Source: a virus. Taken from it: a stretch of 64,000 nucleotides of DNA. Position numbers and translations under genes: made by a program. Location of the stretch: IMG/VR virus record IMGVR_UViG_3300013132_000021; one strand, 5' to 3'. The notes beneath the pieces were generated by a model. It was not told the DNA's origin. It did not search any database and saw only the letters and a list, made by a program, of their open reading frames with translations. This document shows, one piece after another, positions 47,070 through 57,019 of this stretch (positions are counted from its first letter, which is position 1; each line of letters begins with the position of its first letter).

Positions 47070-49343
47070 ATGGCTTACATAGTTAATAAATTTAGCGGGA
47101 CACAGTTAATAGTTCTTGAAGATGGAACTATTGATACCTCCACCAGTCTGGGACTAGTTGGTAGAAACTATGTAGGCTACGGTGAAACACAGAACGAAAA
47201 TTTTGTGTTTTTATTGGAAAATTTTGCTAACGAGTCTCCTCCATCGAGACCCCTACAAGGACAAATTTGGTTCAACACCACTACCAACTTAACCTATGCC
47301 TACGACGGTGCAACTTGGAGCCCTATAGGTGCTGCTCTATTAAGTGCAACAGCTCCTGCTGATTCTAATGCAGGAGCTCTTTGGCTAGACACTACTGCCA
47401 ATCAACTGAAAATTTACACAGGGTCTGCATGGACTTTAATTGGTCCGGAAGTGGTAGCTGGATTTGGATCGACTAGAGCAAGGGCTACTTCCCTAGATGA
47501 TTCTGTAGGTAATCCTAGACCTGTAGTAATTTTAGAAACTGACGGTATCGCTTTCGCTATATGTACAGCACAGGCATTTACTATAAATTCCTCTAATTCA
47601 GTTGTCGGGTTTGAAAATAATTTAATATCAGGTATCAATCTTTCTTCAACCGCAAAAGTCAAGGGTGACATTACGGGGAATGCTGGTAGCGCAGATAGAC
47701 TCAGCACCGCTAGGACTATTAACGGTGTGCCTTTTGATGGTCAACAAAATGTCACTATAAAATCTTCTACCACAAATAAACTGGTCAAGGGCACATATAT
47801 TCAAGGATCAGACTTTGATGGTAGCACAGAGATAACATGGAGTGTAGATGCTACATCTTCAAATACTATAGGTAAGATAGTAGCTAGAAATTCAGAAGGC
47901 GGATTTTCAGCTGGTACTATTTCGGCAAACCTCATAGGAAATGTCATAGGTAATGTAACTGCTGAATCCGGAACCAGCACATTCAATGTTGTACAGGCCA
48001 ACACATTTATCGGTGCAACGCTAACTGGTAATGCTAATTCCGCTACACAGTTGGCCACACCAAGACAGATCAATGGTGTAAATTTTAATGGCACCAGTGA
48101 CATCACAGTGCCCGTAGCAGCCGATACGCTGACCGGCAATACTTTAAACTCTACGATAATTCAGAGTAGTTTGCAACAATTAGGAACATTAGTGAATTTA
48201 AATGTTACTGACAGCGGAGTTAATATAGGTAGTTCTGGTCAGTTAAAAATGTTTGTAGATGCAAGTAGACCAACTATAAGATCCAGCACCGGAATACTTA
48301 ATTTTGATATGGGAGTTAGTGGTCCTGATATTTCTTTTGTAGACTCTGCGACAGCATTATCATTAGGCGGTCCTAATGCACCTGCTGTGCTAGGAGATAA
48401 TACCACAAATCTAGGTATCACAGGATATAAATTTAACAACATCTATGCTAACAATTTCTTAGGTAATGCTACTTCATCCACTCTAGCCACAACAGCTACC
48501 AATATAGCAGGCGGTGGCGCAGGAGCTATACCGTTTCAGACCGCCGCCGGTACCACTTCGATGCTGGGCTTAGGCACAGCTGGATCTGTATTAACTGCAC
48601 AAGCAGGCGGATTAATTTGGTTGCCAGTAAGTAGATCTCCTCTTACCAAAGGATCTTATCTAACACTTGCACTTTCTGGATCGCCGTTTACTCCATTTGC
48701 ATCATATAATGGTTTAGATGATCTAACTATATCTGTTGACGCTACATCTGTCAATACTGTTAACAAAGTAGTTGCTAGAGATGCCAGCGGTAATTTCTCT
48801 GCAGGAACAATTACTGCTAGTTTAACAGGTAATGTAACAGGCAATGCAACATCAGCCACACAATTGCAAACCGCTAGAACTATTAACGGTGTAGCATTTG
48901 ATGGCACACAAAACATAACCATAGTTGCTAGCGACAGTACAAAAGTTGCGCTGGCAGGCAGCACAATGTCTGGATATCTAACACTAGTTGGAGCTCCAAT
49001 TGATACCAATCATGCTGCCACTAAAACGTATGTAGACAGTAGATTACCTCAGTATACAATTATCTCTGGAGTCAGTTACAGCATAGCAGGATTTACCAAC
49101 CAGGTAGGATCGTTTAACGATGGTGCCAATTACTTTGATGTGTATCCTCCCGCAGGTAAATCTATGGGGAACCTAGTGGCTTTTATACCAAGTATACATG
49201 TGGTTCATTATGCCGGAGGAGTAGATGGCAATGACAGTATCAGATGTACATATTCATACCTAGGTGATAGGATCAGAGTATGGGTTCAAAACACAGAACA
49301 GCGTTCGACACCAGCAGCTAACTATTTGGTAATTTGGAGTTAA
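47070..49343 (+). CDS. Tail fibre protein, paralog 3
   Basis: Shared N-terminus; three ARTINGV.FDG..NITI-type repeats; HAATKTYVD; distinct C-terminal tip domain. Confidence 0.85.
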   Translation: MAYIVNKFSGTQLIVLEDGTIDTSTSLGLVGRNYVGYGETQNENFVFLLENFANESPPSRPLQGQIWFNTTTNLTYAYDGATWSPIGAALLSATAPADSNAGALWLDTTANQLKIYTGSAWTLIGPEVVAGFGSTRARATSLDDSVGNPRPVVILETDGIAFAICTAQAFTINSSNSVVGFENNLISGINLSSTAKVKGDITGNAGSADRLSTARTINGVPFDGQQNVTIKSSTTNKLVKGTYIQGSDFDGSTEITWSVDATSSNTIGKIVARNSEGGFSAGTISANLIGNVIGNVTAESGTSTFNVVQANTFIGATLTGNANSATQLATPRQINGVNFNGTSDITVPVAADTLTGNTLNSTIIQSSLQQLGTLVNLNVTDSGVNIGSSGQLKMFVDASRPTIRSSTGILNFDMGVSGPDISFVDSATALSLGGPNAPAVLGDNTTNLGITGYKFNNIYANNFLGNATSSTLATTATNIAGGGAGAIPFQTAAGTTSMLGLGTAGSVLTAQAGGLIWLPVSRSPLTKGSYLTLALSGSPFTPFASYNGLDDLTISVDATSVNTVNKVVARDASGNFSAGTITASLTGNVTGNATSATQLQTARTINGVAFDGTQNITIVASDSTKVALAGSTMSGYLTLVGAPIDTNHAATKTYVDSRLPQYTIISGVSYSIAGFTNQVGSFNDGANYFDVYPPAGKSMGNLVAFIPSIHVVHYAGGVDGNDSIRCTYSYLGDRIRVWVQNTEQRSTPAANYLVIWS

Positions 49344-49345
49344 TC

Positions 49346-49702
49346 ATGCACTATGTATGTATAGAAAACAATCAGATCACAGCGATACAGAGTTACGAAC
49401 CTGCGGTGCCTAACACAGTGTCCGTGGTTACTATCTCAGATACTCAACATGAACAGATCATGGCGCAGACACACCGATTTGATGTGGCTTCTAGAACTGT
49501 GGTGGTTGTGGACCAAGCGGTGATCAACCAACAAGAGCAGGATAGATTAAACGGTATAGAGCGCGAGTTTTTGAATTCCACAGATTGGAAAGTGATGCGC
49601 CACATTAGGCAAAAAGCTCTGGGAATTGCTACCAGCCTTACTGATGCAGAATACCTAGAATTAGAGCAGCAACGGCAGACCGCGGCAGCTCGCATAGTTT
49701 GA
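49346..49702 (+). CDS. Tail fibre assembly chaperone-like protein
   Basis: Follows fibre gene; REFLNSTDWKVMRH...RQ.A pattern; ATG 49346 after the fibre stop with GGAG upstream. Confidence 0.65.
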   Translation: MHYVCIENNQITAIQSYEPAVPNTVSVVTISDTQHEQIMAQTHRFDVASRTVVVVDQAVINQQEQDRLNGIEREFLNSTDWKVMRHIRQKALGIATSLTDAEYLELEQQRQTAAARIV

Positions 49703-49734
49703 TAAGTAATAATAATGACTAGCGGAGTATATCA

Positions 49735-51543
49735 ATGGCATATCAAGTAGATAAATTTAACGGTGCTTTTTTTGTATCCGTAGAAGACGGTACGATCGAT
49801 ACCACCTCGGATCTTAGATTTGTAGGTAAAAACTATGCGGGATACGGCGAAGTACAAAATGAAAACTTTCTACATCTTTTAGAAAATTTCTCAAACACCA
49901 CTGCTCCGCCCAAAGTGATCACTGGACAGATTTGGTTCGATAGTGCCAATAAAAAGTTAAAATTCTATGATGGTTCAAGATTTAAACTGGCAGGTGGAGC
50001 AGAAGTCTCAACCACTGCACCCAGCGGGCTGAGTACCGGTGATTTTTGGTGGGATTCTGCAGCCAAACAATTGTATGCATGGACAGGCACTGAATTTGCA
50101 CTCATTGGTCCAGAAGCCAGTCCAGATCTCGGATCGTCAATCATTAGTGCTGCTGTAGTTAAAGGCACGATAAGCACCGCGGTAGGACCGCATACTATAC
50201 TTAAAGTCATAACTGATGATAAAACTATAGGCATTTTCAGTAAGACTGCGTTCACTTTAGACAATGCACAGAATGCTATAGATGATTTCACAGTTATTAA
50301 GAAAGGTTTCACACTAGCTAAGTCTCAATCCGGAATCAGCTCCGATGACTACATTCTATGGGGTACTGCAAATAACGCAGATCGTCTAGGCGGGTTTACT
50401 GCAGATCAATACTTAAAATTAGGAGATAACTCATTTACTGGCGAAGTTAAATTCTTTGATCCAGGTTTAACAGTAGGTGATGGTAATGATTTTAGACTGC
50501 GTGTAGAAAACGGTGATGAAGTAATTGTTGAAAATCGTTTAGGAAATCCTATAACATTTAGAATCACAGTAGTTGATACCACAGATGAACGGGATGTTGC
50601 TGTAATAACTAGTACAGGAGTAGTACCCGGTAATGACGCTGCTTATGCACTAGGCTCCGCCGGATTGCGCTGGAGCAATGTGTATGCTGCTATCCATACC
50701 GGAAACCTAGTAGGTAACGTCACAGGAAATTCTACCGGAGTCCATACAGGTAATATATTAGCCTCAGACAACACGGTGATGATCAATGCCGCAACTAAAC
50801 AGATCGGATTTGCAGGAGCCAACATAATTGGCACCCTTACTGGTTCAGTCACAGGAACAGCTAGTTCAGCCACTAATGCTAGTAAACTAAATGATCTAGA
50901 TCCTAGTGCAACAGTACCGGGATCTGCTGTTGCTACTATTGCTGTAAGAAATGCATCAGGAAACATCGTAGCAAATCAATTCGTTGGCACGTCAGATAAG
51001 TCAGATAGACTGTATCTCGACGATAGCATAGCTGCTGGAGTATCGGATCCGGCATGGGACCCTGCAACTACCAGCACAAAATATAGAACTGCAAAAGTAA
51101 CAGCTACCGCTTACAGCATAGCAGCTAGAGATGCCAGCGGTAATATTGCAGCTAATATTTTTTCAGGCACTGCAACTGCTGCTAGATATGCAGACTTAGC
51201 AGAAAAATATTTGCCCGATACAGAATACCTACCAGGCACAGTTGTTATGATCGGCGGAGAAAAAGAAATTACTGCAAGTGTATTCGGCAAACGTGCTATA
51301 GGAGTTATCAGTGCAAATCCTGCATTTATGATGAATAAAGATCTAGAAGGTGGTGTGTATGTTGCTTTGAAAGGTCGAGTACCTGTTATGGTAATTGGAC
51401 CTATTATAAAAGGTCAAGAGCTAGTTCCAGCAGAAAATGGCCATGCTGTATATAACGGTGATAATCCGACTAGAGCATTTGCGGTTGCATTAGAATCAGA
51501 TAATAGTATGGAAGTTAAATTAATAGAAGCATTGGTGCTGTAA
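49735..51543 (+). CDS. Tail fibre/spike paralog 4 with C-terminal intramolecular chaperone (peptidase G2-like) domain
   Basis: Shared N-terminus; YADLAEKY..GTVVMIGG..IGVISANPA..VALKGRVPV..IKGQELV; ATAAGTA promoter-like motif at 49702-49708. Confidence 0.8.
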   Translation: MAYQVDKFNGAFFVSVEDGTIDTTSDLRFVGKNYAGYGEVQNENFLHLLENFSNTTAPPKVITGQIWFDSANKKLKFYDGSRFKLAGGAEVSTTAPSGLSTGDFWWDSAAKQLYAWTGTEFALIGPEASPDLGSSIISAAVVKGTISTAVGPHTILKVITDDKTIGIFSKTAFTLDNAQNAIDDFTVIKKGFTLAKSQSGISSDDYILWGTANNADRLGGFTADQYLKLGDNSFTGEVKFFDPGLTVGDGNDFRLRVENGDEVIVENRLGNPITFRITVVDTTDERDVAVITSTGVVPGNDAAYALGSAGLRWSNVYAAIHTGNLVGNVTGNSTGVHTGNILASDNTVMINAATKQIGFAGANIIGTLTGSVTGTASSATNASKLNDLDPSATVPGSAVATIAVRNASGNIVANQFVGTSDKSDRLYLDDSIAAGVSDPAWDPATTSTKYRTAKVTATAYSIAARDASGNIAANIFSGTATAARYADLAEKYLPDTEYLPGTVVMIGGEKEITASVFGKRAIGVISANPAFMMNKDLEGGVYVALKGRVPVMVIGPIIKGQELVPAENGHAVYNGDNPTRAFAVALESDNSMEVKLIEALVL

Positions 51544-51544
51544 A

Positions 51545-52441
51545 ATGTCTTTGAACTCGGATATCACAGCCGCTGGGTTTGTAACAATACAGAACAAAGC
51601 TGAGGAACTGTTAGGTACAGGTGCCGCCACTAGAGGATACAATCAAACAGTTCTATCGTCGGATGTGTTTTCTGGCAATCAAATTACTAAAGCACAGTGG
51701 GATCTATTAAAAACTGACATTGTTAACATATTGTATCATCAAAATGGAGAGTTGCCAAATATTGTATCTGTTAATGCTGGCGATGTAATTGGATTCGGCG
51801 CCAGTCATCCGAATACCAACTATGATACTCTGTTAACAACAGCAGACCAAAATAGATTTCAGATAGCAGCTACTCAGTCTGCGGTTAGTTCTAAAGGTTC
51901 AGCAACCTACACTAGTGCTTGGAGTTCATCTGTACAATTTACACTAACTGTAACATTTGCGTCTGCAGACCAGGGACGATATTTTTTTAACAGCGGTGGC
52001 AAAGTTAGAATTAACACAACTATTACCGGCGGCACAAACACCGCTCAGTATAACGCCTGGCTTAATGTTTTAAATGCAGTGGGGGTTCGATCATTTGGTG
52101 CAGACACGGACCCATTAGTGAACTATTATACTCTTACTAGTTCTTTCCAAATATATTATCAAAATTCTCTTTCAGCACCATATGCTGCTAATAATTATCG
52201 ATTAGAAGCCAAAACTGATGTGGCTAACAATTCTACAGGCACGGCAACTATTTTAACTTTAAGAGTAACTTTGACTGATGCATACATTGACCCAGGACCA
52301 GCATCTCCACCGGGAGACTCAGTCGACGGAACGCTGACTATATCGGTGGAAGAATTAAAAGCATCAGGCTCACTTATACCGTCAGGAACTTTTACAATTT
52401 CTAGCCCTGCATACTCGCTTTCTGTGATCAGTGGCAGTTAA
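51545..52441 (+). CDS. Virion structural protein (paralog A)
   Basis: Ser/Thr-rich beta protein; shares RYFFNSGG and DPGP..PGDSVDGT with the next ORF. Confidence 0.75.
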   Translation: MSLNSDITAAGFVTIQNKAEELLGTGAATRGYNQTVLSSDVFSGNQITKAQWDLLKTDIVNILYHQNGELPNIVSVNAGDVIGFGASHPNTNYDTLLTTADQNRFQIAATQSAVSSKGSATYTSAWSSSVQFTLTVTFASADQGRYFFNSGGKVRINTTITGGTNTAQYNAWLNVLNAVGVRSFGADTDPLVNYYTLTSSFQIYYQNSLSAPYAANNYRLEAKTDVANNSTGTATILTLRVTLTDAYIDPGPASPPGDSVDGTLTISVEELKASGSLIPSGTFTISSPAYSLSVISGS

Positions 52442-52475
52442 TCGATTATATAAGACTTAATCAAAGACAAAACGC

Positions 52476-53420
52476 ATGCCAGTAAATGACATTATCACCC
52501 AAGCAGAATACAACAATATCAGAAACAAAGTACTCGGAGTGCTTGGCACAGGATCGGGGAATTCTGGCTACGGACAACCTTTTGTTAGTACCTCGGTAGC
52601 AGAAGGAAATTCTATTACCATTAATGAGTATGCTAATCTAAGATACGATATTTTCAGTGCTTATGTACATCAGGTAGGATCTAATCCTTCTACAGTGACC
52701 GTAGTAGAAGGTAACACGGTAAGATTTAGTGCTATAGATGCTCCGGTGACTACATACGATACAATAGCTGATACACTTATATCAAATAGATTTAATGTAG
52801 GAGCTGGACAATCAGCTATAAACATACCTACCGCACCTTCAAGTACTACCTGGCCTGGAATATATGGTGCAGATTGGTCTAGCCTTATACAGTGTACAGT
52901 GACCGCTACATGGCCTGATAGTAATCAAGCTAGGTATTTTTGGAATAGTGGTGGTCAGATTAGATTTACAGCATCTCGTAGCGGCGGTACTGCCGCCACT
53001 CAGAACACACAATGGACATCTATTCTCAGCACCGCTGGTACACAGACCTATGGCGGTAATAATCCTGGCGCTGGCACTAGTCCCAACGATGGTCAAAACT
53101 GGTACAGATGCACCAACACTCGACAGTTGTGGTACAGTCAAAGCGGATCTAGTCCTTACGGCTCTAATACCTATAAAATATATGCTAGAACTTTAGATGC
53201 AAGCAATAACTCTACAGGCACTGCTCGCCAAGGCGAATGGCACATAGAGTTTGTTGATAACTATACAGATCCAGGCCCTCCTGCTCCAGGAGATTCAGTA
53301 GACGGGACATTCTCAGTAGCAGTTAGTTTACAATATGCCACAGGTATTTTGGTACCGCCAAGTCAGGGCAGTTTTACAGTAACATTGCCTACAGTCACTA
53401 TTTCAGCTATAGCACCTTAA
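52476..53420 (+). CDS. Virion structural protein (paralog B)
   Basis: RYFWNSGG, DPGPPAPGDSVDGT and LGTG..GY.Q N-terminus shared with the previous ORF. Confidence 0.75.
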   Translation: MPVNDIITQAEYNNIRNKVLGVLGTGSGNSGYGQPFVSTSVAEGNSITINEYANLRYDIFSAYVHQVGSNPSTVTVVEGNTVRFSAIDAPVTTYDTIADTLISNRFNVGAGQSAINIPTAPSSTTWPGIYGADWSSLIQCTVTATWPDSNQARYFWNSGGQIRFTASRSGGTAATQNTQWTSILSTAGTQTYGGNNPGAGTSPNDGQNWYRCTNTRQLWYSQSGSSPYGSNTYKIYARTLDASNNSTGTARQGEWHIEFVDNYTDPGPPAPGDSVDGTFSVAVSLQYATGILVPPSQGSFTVTLPTVTISAIAP

Positions 53421-53444
53421 TTTTTTCTTGAATCTCTAAGCGGC

Positions 53445-53450
53445 TAAATA
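53445..53450 (+). promoter_or_regulatory. Late promoter motif (TAAATA) heading the glycosyltransferase cluster
   Basis: CTAAATA followed by GAGG RBS and ATG 53478. Confidence 0.5.
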
Positions 53451-53477
53451 AAGTGCGCAGATAAACGAGGAAAATAC

Positions 53478-53828
53478 ATGAATGATCAACTTAAAAAAGC
53501 TTTGGAGTTTGCTAATTACAGGCAGACGTTTTCAATCCAACGTAAGATTCTAAAAGAAAAAATCGCGGCCAAGTTAACACTAGGTTATAATGGCGGACTA
53601 TTTCAAATTGACAGAACACTTCTGACTTTTATAGAAATGTTGCTAGTCAAAGGAAGAAGCAGTGGAGTTGTGTTATTAGATACAAATGAAACCCCTATAA
53701 TGATCGAGGATTTAGTTGCTTTTCGAGATGAATGCTTTGATAGGTATTTTGCATCCACTTATGAGTATTTTGAACAAGATCAAAATCTCAAAAAAAGTAG
53801 ATCAGTAGAAAAATTGCTAGAACAATGA
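53478..53828 (+). CDS. Hypothetical protein (116 aa)
   Basis: GAGG RBS; ATGA coupling to the next gene. Confidence 0.75.
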   Translation: MNDQLKKALEFANYRQTFSIQRKILKEKIAAKLTLGYNGGLFQIDRTLLTFIEMLLVKGRSSGVVLLDTNETPIMIEDLVAFRDECFDRYFASTYEYFEQDQNLKKSRSVEKLLEQ

Positions 53829-54685
53829 ACAAAGGTGTATTGATCTACGCTCATAATAATCGCACTGTAGATTATGCATTAATGGCGATTATTTCTGGAG
53901 GACTAGCTAAAAAATATCTTGGACAGCCTGCGTCGTTGGTTACTGACCAAGCTACGTTAGATTGGATGATAGAATCTAAGATATACACTCGTGCTCAAAC
54001 AATTTTTGAAAATATTTTTATAGTTTCTAGACCCGAGTCAACTAATTCTAGAGGTTTGTATGATGGCACAGAACGCAGTACAGTTCAATTTATGAACGGT
54101 AACAGAAATTCCGCCTACGACATTACTCCATATCAACGAACACTTTTGATTGACGCAGACTTTCTAATATTTTCCAATAGACTGGCAGAATATTGGAATA
54201 TAGATGACGATTTTATGATTGGAGAATCTATTAATGATATCTATGACAATCACCGACTAGGATATCATGATAAGTATGTTTCGGACGTAGGTATTAAATT
54301 GTATTGGGCTACTACTGTGATGTTCACGAAAAATGATAATTCAAAAATGTTTTTTGATCTTGTGCGCCATGTCAAGGATAACTATCAATACTATGCCGAC
54401 ACATACAGATTTGATTCAAAACAATACAGAAATGATATTGCATTTAGCGTGGCCAAACACGTATTAGCAGGATTTGAACAGTCACCATTGGGGTGTTTAC
54501 CGCCTGTGTTAACATTATTAGACAGAGATATACTACACTCTGTTGATGCCGATAAATTAACGTTTCTGATATCCCCGAAATTAGATGAGAATTATTGTGC
54601 GGCTTCGATACAGAATATTGACATCCATATAATGAATAAACAGAGTATAGTAAGACACAGCGATAAATTACTGGAGCTAATATGA
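53825..54685 (+). CDS. GT-A fold glycosyltransferase-like protein (GT8-like)
   Basis: KGVLIYA start, TPYQRTLLIDADFL (DxD), RNDIAFS. Confidence 0.7.
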   Translation: MNKGVLIYAHNNRTVDYALMAIISGGLAKKYLGQPASLVTDQATLDWMIESKIYTRAQTIFENIFIVSRPESTNSRGLYDGTERSTVQFMNGNRNSAYDITPYQRTLLIDADFLIFSNRLAEYWNIDDDFMIGESINDIYDNHRLGYHDKYVSDVGIKLYWATTVMFTKNDNSKMFFDLVRHVKDNYQYYADTYRFDSKQYRNDIAFSVAKHVLAGFEQSPLGCLPPVLTLLDRDILHSVDADKLTFLISPKLDENYCAASIQNIDIHIMNKQSIVRHSDKLLELI

Positions 54686-55521
54686 AATTCGGATATCTGT
54701 TAATAGTAGCAGAGAATGAATTTGTGGACTATCTACAGTTAGCCTATGCCTTGGCTATTAGTATCAAAAATACACAAAAACCTGGGTTTGATCAAGTGGC
54801 GCTGGTGATCAATGACAAGCAAAAACTTAAAGATTTAAACAGCAGTTGGGTCTTTGATCATGTTATAGAATGGAATCAAGAAACATTCTGGGATGGTCGT
54901 AGCTGGATGGATCAGTTGACACCTTTTGACCACACAGTATGCTTAGATGCTGACATGCTGTTTATGCGTGACTACAGTCATTGGGTCGAATACTTTATTG
55001 AAACCAGCGAATTATATGTTGCCAATAAAAGCTACACATATCGAGGAGAGATAACTGTTGATCAACATTATAGAAAAACATTTATAAAAAACGATCTACC
55101 TAATCTGTACAGCATGTATACCTTTTTTAAAAAAGACAGCGAAGTGGTTAAAGAATTTTTCGATCTAGGAAGATATATTATAAAAAATCCTATAGAATTT
55201 ACAAATACTTTCTTATCGGATCATAAACCTCGAGTTGTAGGTACAGATGAATCCTTTGCCCTAGCAGCCAAAATATTAGATATTACCGATGATATTGCAT
55301 ATCCTTTAGAGTTTCCCCGAGTTGTACACATGAAACCAATGGTACAGAATTGGCCTTGGCCTGCTGATTGCTGGAGTGATCATGTAGGATTTTATCTAAA
55401 TCAAAAAGGAAAATTGAAGATAGGAAATTATCAACAACATGATATTGTTCATTATGTAGAAAAAGATAAAATTAACAAGGAAATGATCAACATTCTCGAG
55501 GAAGTATTATGGAAGAAATAA
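54682..55521 (+). CDS. GT-A fold glycosyltransferase-like protein (GT8-like), paralog
   Basis: DYLQLAYALAISIK, TPFDHTVCLDADML (DxD), TDESFAL, VHMKP, VHY. Confidence 0.75.
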   Translation: MKFGYLLIVAENEFVDYLQLAYALAISIKNTQKPGFDQVALVINDKQKLKDLNSSWVFDHVIEWNQETFWDGRSWMDQLTPFDHTVCLDADMLFMRDYSHWVEYFIETSELYVANKSYTYRGEITVDQHYRKTFIKNDLPNLYSMYTFFKKDSEVVKEFFDLGRYIIKNPIEFTNTFLSDHKPRVVGTDESFALAAKILDITDDIAYPLEFPRVVHMKPMVQNWPWPADCWSDHVGFYLNQKGKLKIGNYQQHDIVHYVEKDKINKEMINILEEVLWKK

Positions 55522-56126
55522 TTGATTTTGATAATTGGCTTGCAAATTTAAAATTGCCCCCTGTAAAATTTGTTGCAGTTTTTAATCCCGACACTGGCGC
55601 AGTAGTTAGTGTAGGTCCTAGTCATGCCTTTAAAGATCAAAAACACAAAATATCTATAGGTAAAGAATTGGCACAATCTATAATTAATGCAGAAATTAAA
55701 ATTAACAACTGCATAGTTGATATAAATTCAAATACTTTAGAAGTAGCAGAAATAAAAAATACCTATAAGATAGATGATGTGCTGCATAGAATTATTTCTA
55801 AGAAAGATTCTGAAATAAAAAACCCAGATATCTATATTAAATATGATTCTAAATTACATACTTTTAAAATAGAAATGTCTTCAGAATTCGGGGGTACACG
55901 TAAGGCTAGAGCTGGGATAAAGAAAAGAAATATTGTATGGGATGGCGACACTAAAATGCATTTTTTTATCACAGAATACAATGATCCAAACTTGCTTTTT
56001 GAATCAGTAAGTGTTAAAATTAACGATCTTACTGGAAACCATAAGTTAATTACAGGTTTTAAGTATCCTAAATTCAGCGTGTACACTAGACGCTTGTTTA
56101 AAAACTATGTGATAGAATATAAATGA
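55509..56126 (+). CDS. Hypothetical protein (205 aa)
   Basis: Overlaps both neighbours; no motif recognised. Confidence 0.7.
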   Translation: MEEIIDFDNWLANLKLPPVKFVAVFNPDTGAVVSVGPSHAFKDQKHKISIGKELAQSIINAEIKINNCIVDINSNTLEVAEIKNTYKIDDVLHRIISKKDSEIKNPDIYIKYDSKLHTFKIEMSSEFGGTRKARAGIKKRNIVWDGDTKMHFFITEYNDPNLLFESVSVKINDLTGNHKLITGFKYPKFSVYTRRLFKNYVIEYK

Positions 56127-57019
56127 AAATTATTGAATTTGATGTTGTTTTTATCAGTTACGACGAGCCTAATGCAGATATGCATTACGCAGATCTATGC
56201 ACTAAGGTACCTTGGGCCAAGCGTGTGCATGGTGTAAAAGGCAGTGATGTTGCTCATAAAGCAGCCGCCGATCTATCAGAAACAGAATGGTTTATAGGAG
56301 TTGATGCTGACAATATTGTAAGTTCCAAATTTTTTGACATAGATCTAGACATGTCTAATGAAAGTGTCAAGGTCTATAGTTGGTTAGGTAGAAATAAATT
56401 AAATGGTCTATTATACGGCAACGGAGGATTAAAAATCTGGAATAAACAATTTGTCTATGATATGAAAAGTCACGAAGCATCTGATTCAGATAGAGCACAA
56501 GTTGATTTCTGTTGGGAAGATGGTTACGTACAATTTAAAAAATGTTTCAGTGATACAGTGATTACAGGATCTTCATTCCAGGCATGGAGATCGGGATTCC
56601 GAGAAGGTGTTAAGATGACATTACTCGACGGAGTTAAAGTTCCGCCAATGGAAATACAACAGAGAATTTGGTGGCACAATATACATAGACTGCGTATGTG
56701 GAGTACAGTTGGTGCTCACGAGATAAATGGAATTTATGCTGTATATGGAGCACGATTAGGAACTTGGTTAGCTAATTGCACTAATTGGAATTATGTAGAG
56801 GTTCGAGATTTTGAAATATTAAAAGGAATCTATGAACAATATACAAAACCCTATGTTGATGTTCAAGGTGAAGGTTTAATAGACGAGATAAAAAATCTCG
56901 GAGAAAAAATTAAACAACAGTTAGGTTTTGATTGGCCATGGCTAGATTCTCAACAGAGTAAGTATACTCTAGATCTTTACAACGAAACTATTAATCTTAC
57001 AGAGACCTATTTAAAATGA
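56123..57019 (+). CDS. Glycosyltransferase-like protein (DxD)
   Basis: FISYDEP, RVHGVKG..AHKAAA, VDADN, YGNGGLK, AWRSGFREGVK. Confidence 0.65.
   Translation: MKIIEFDVVFISYDEPNADMHYADLCTKVPWAKRVHGVKGSDVAHKAAADLSETEWFIGVDADNIVSSKFFDIDLDMSNESVKVYSWLGRNKLNGLLYGNGGLKIWNKQFVYDMKSHEASDSDRAQVDFCWEDGYVQFKKCFSDTVITGSSFQAWRSGFREGVKMTLLDGVKVPPMEIQQRIWWHNIHRLRMWSTVGAHEINGIYAVYGARLGTWLANCTNWNYVEVRDFEILKGIYEQYTKPYVDVQGEGLIDEIKNLGEKIKQQLGFDWPWLDSQQSKYTLDLYNETINLTETYLK

Noticed and set aside
43074-51543. Diversity-generating retroelement or invertible tail-fibre cassette
   Set aside because: No reverse transcriptase or invertase, no ~100-bp template/variable repeat pair differing at adenines and no inverted fibre fragment seen
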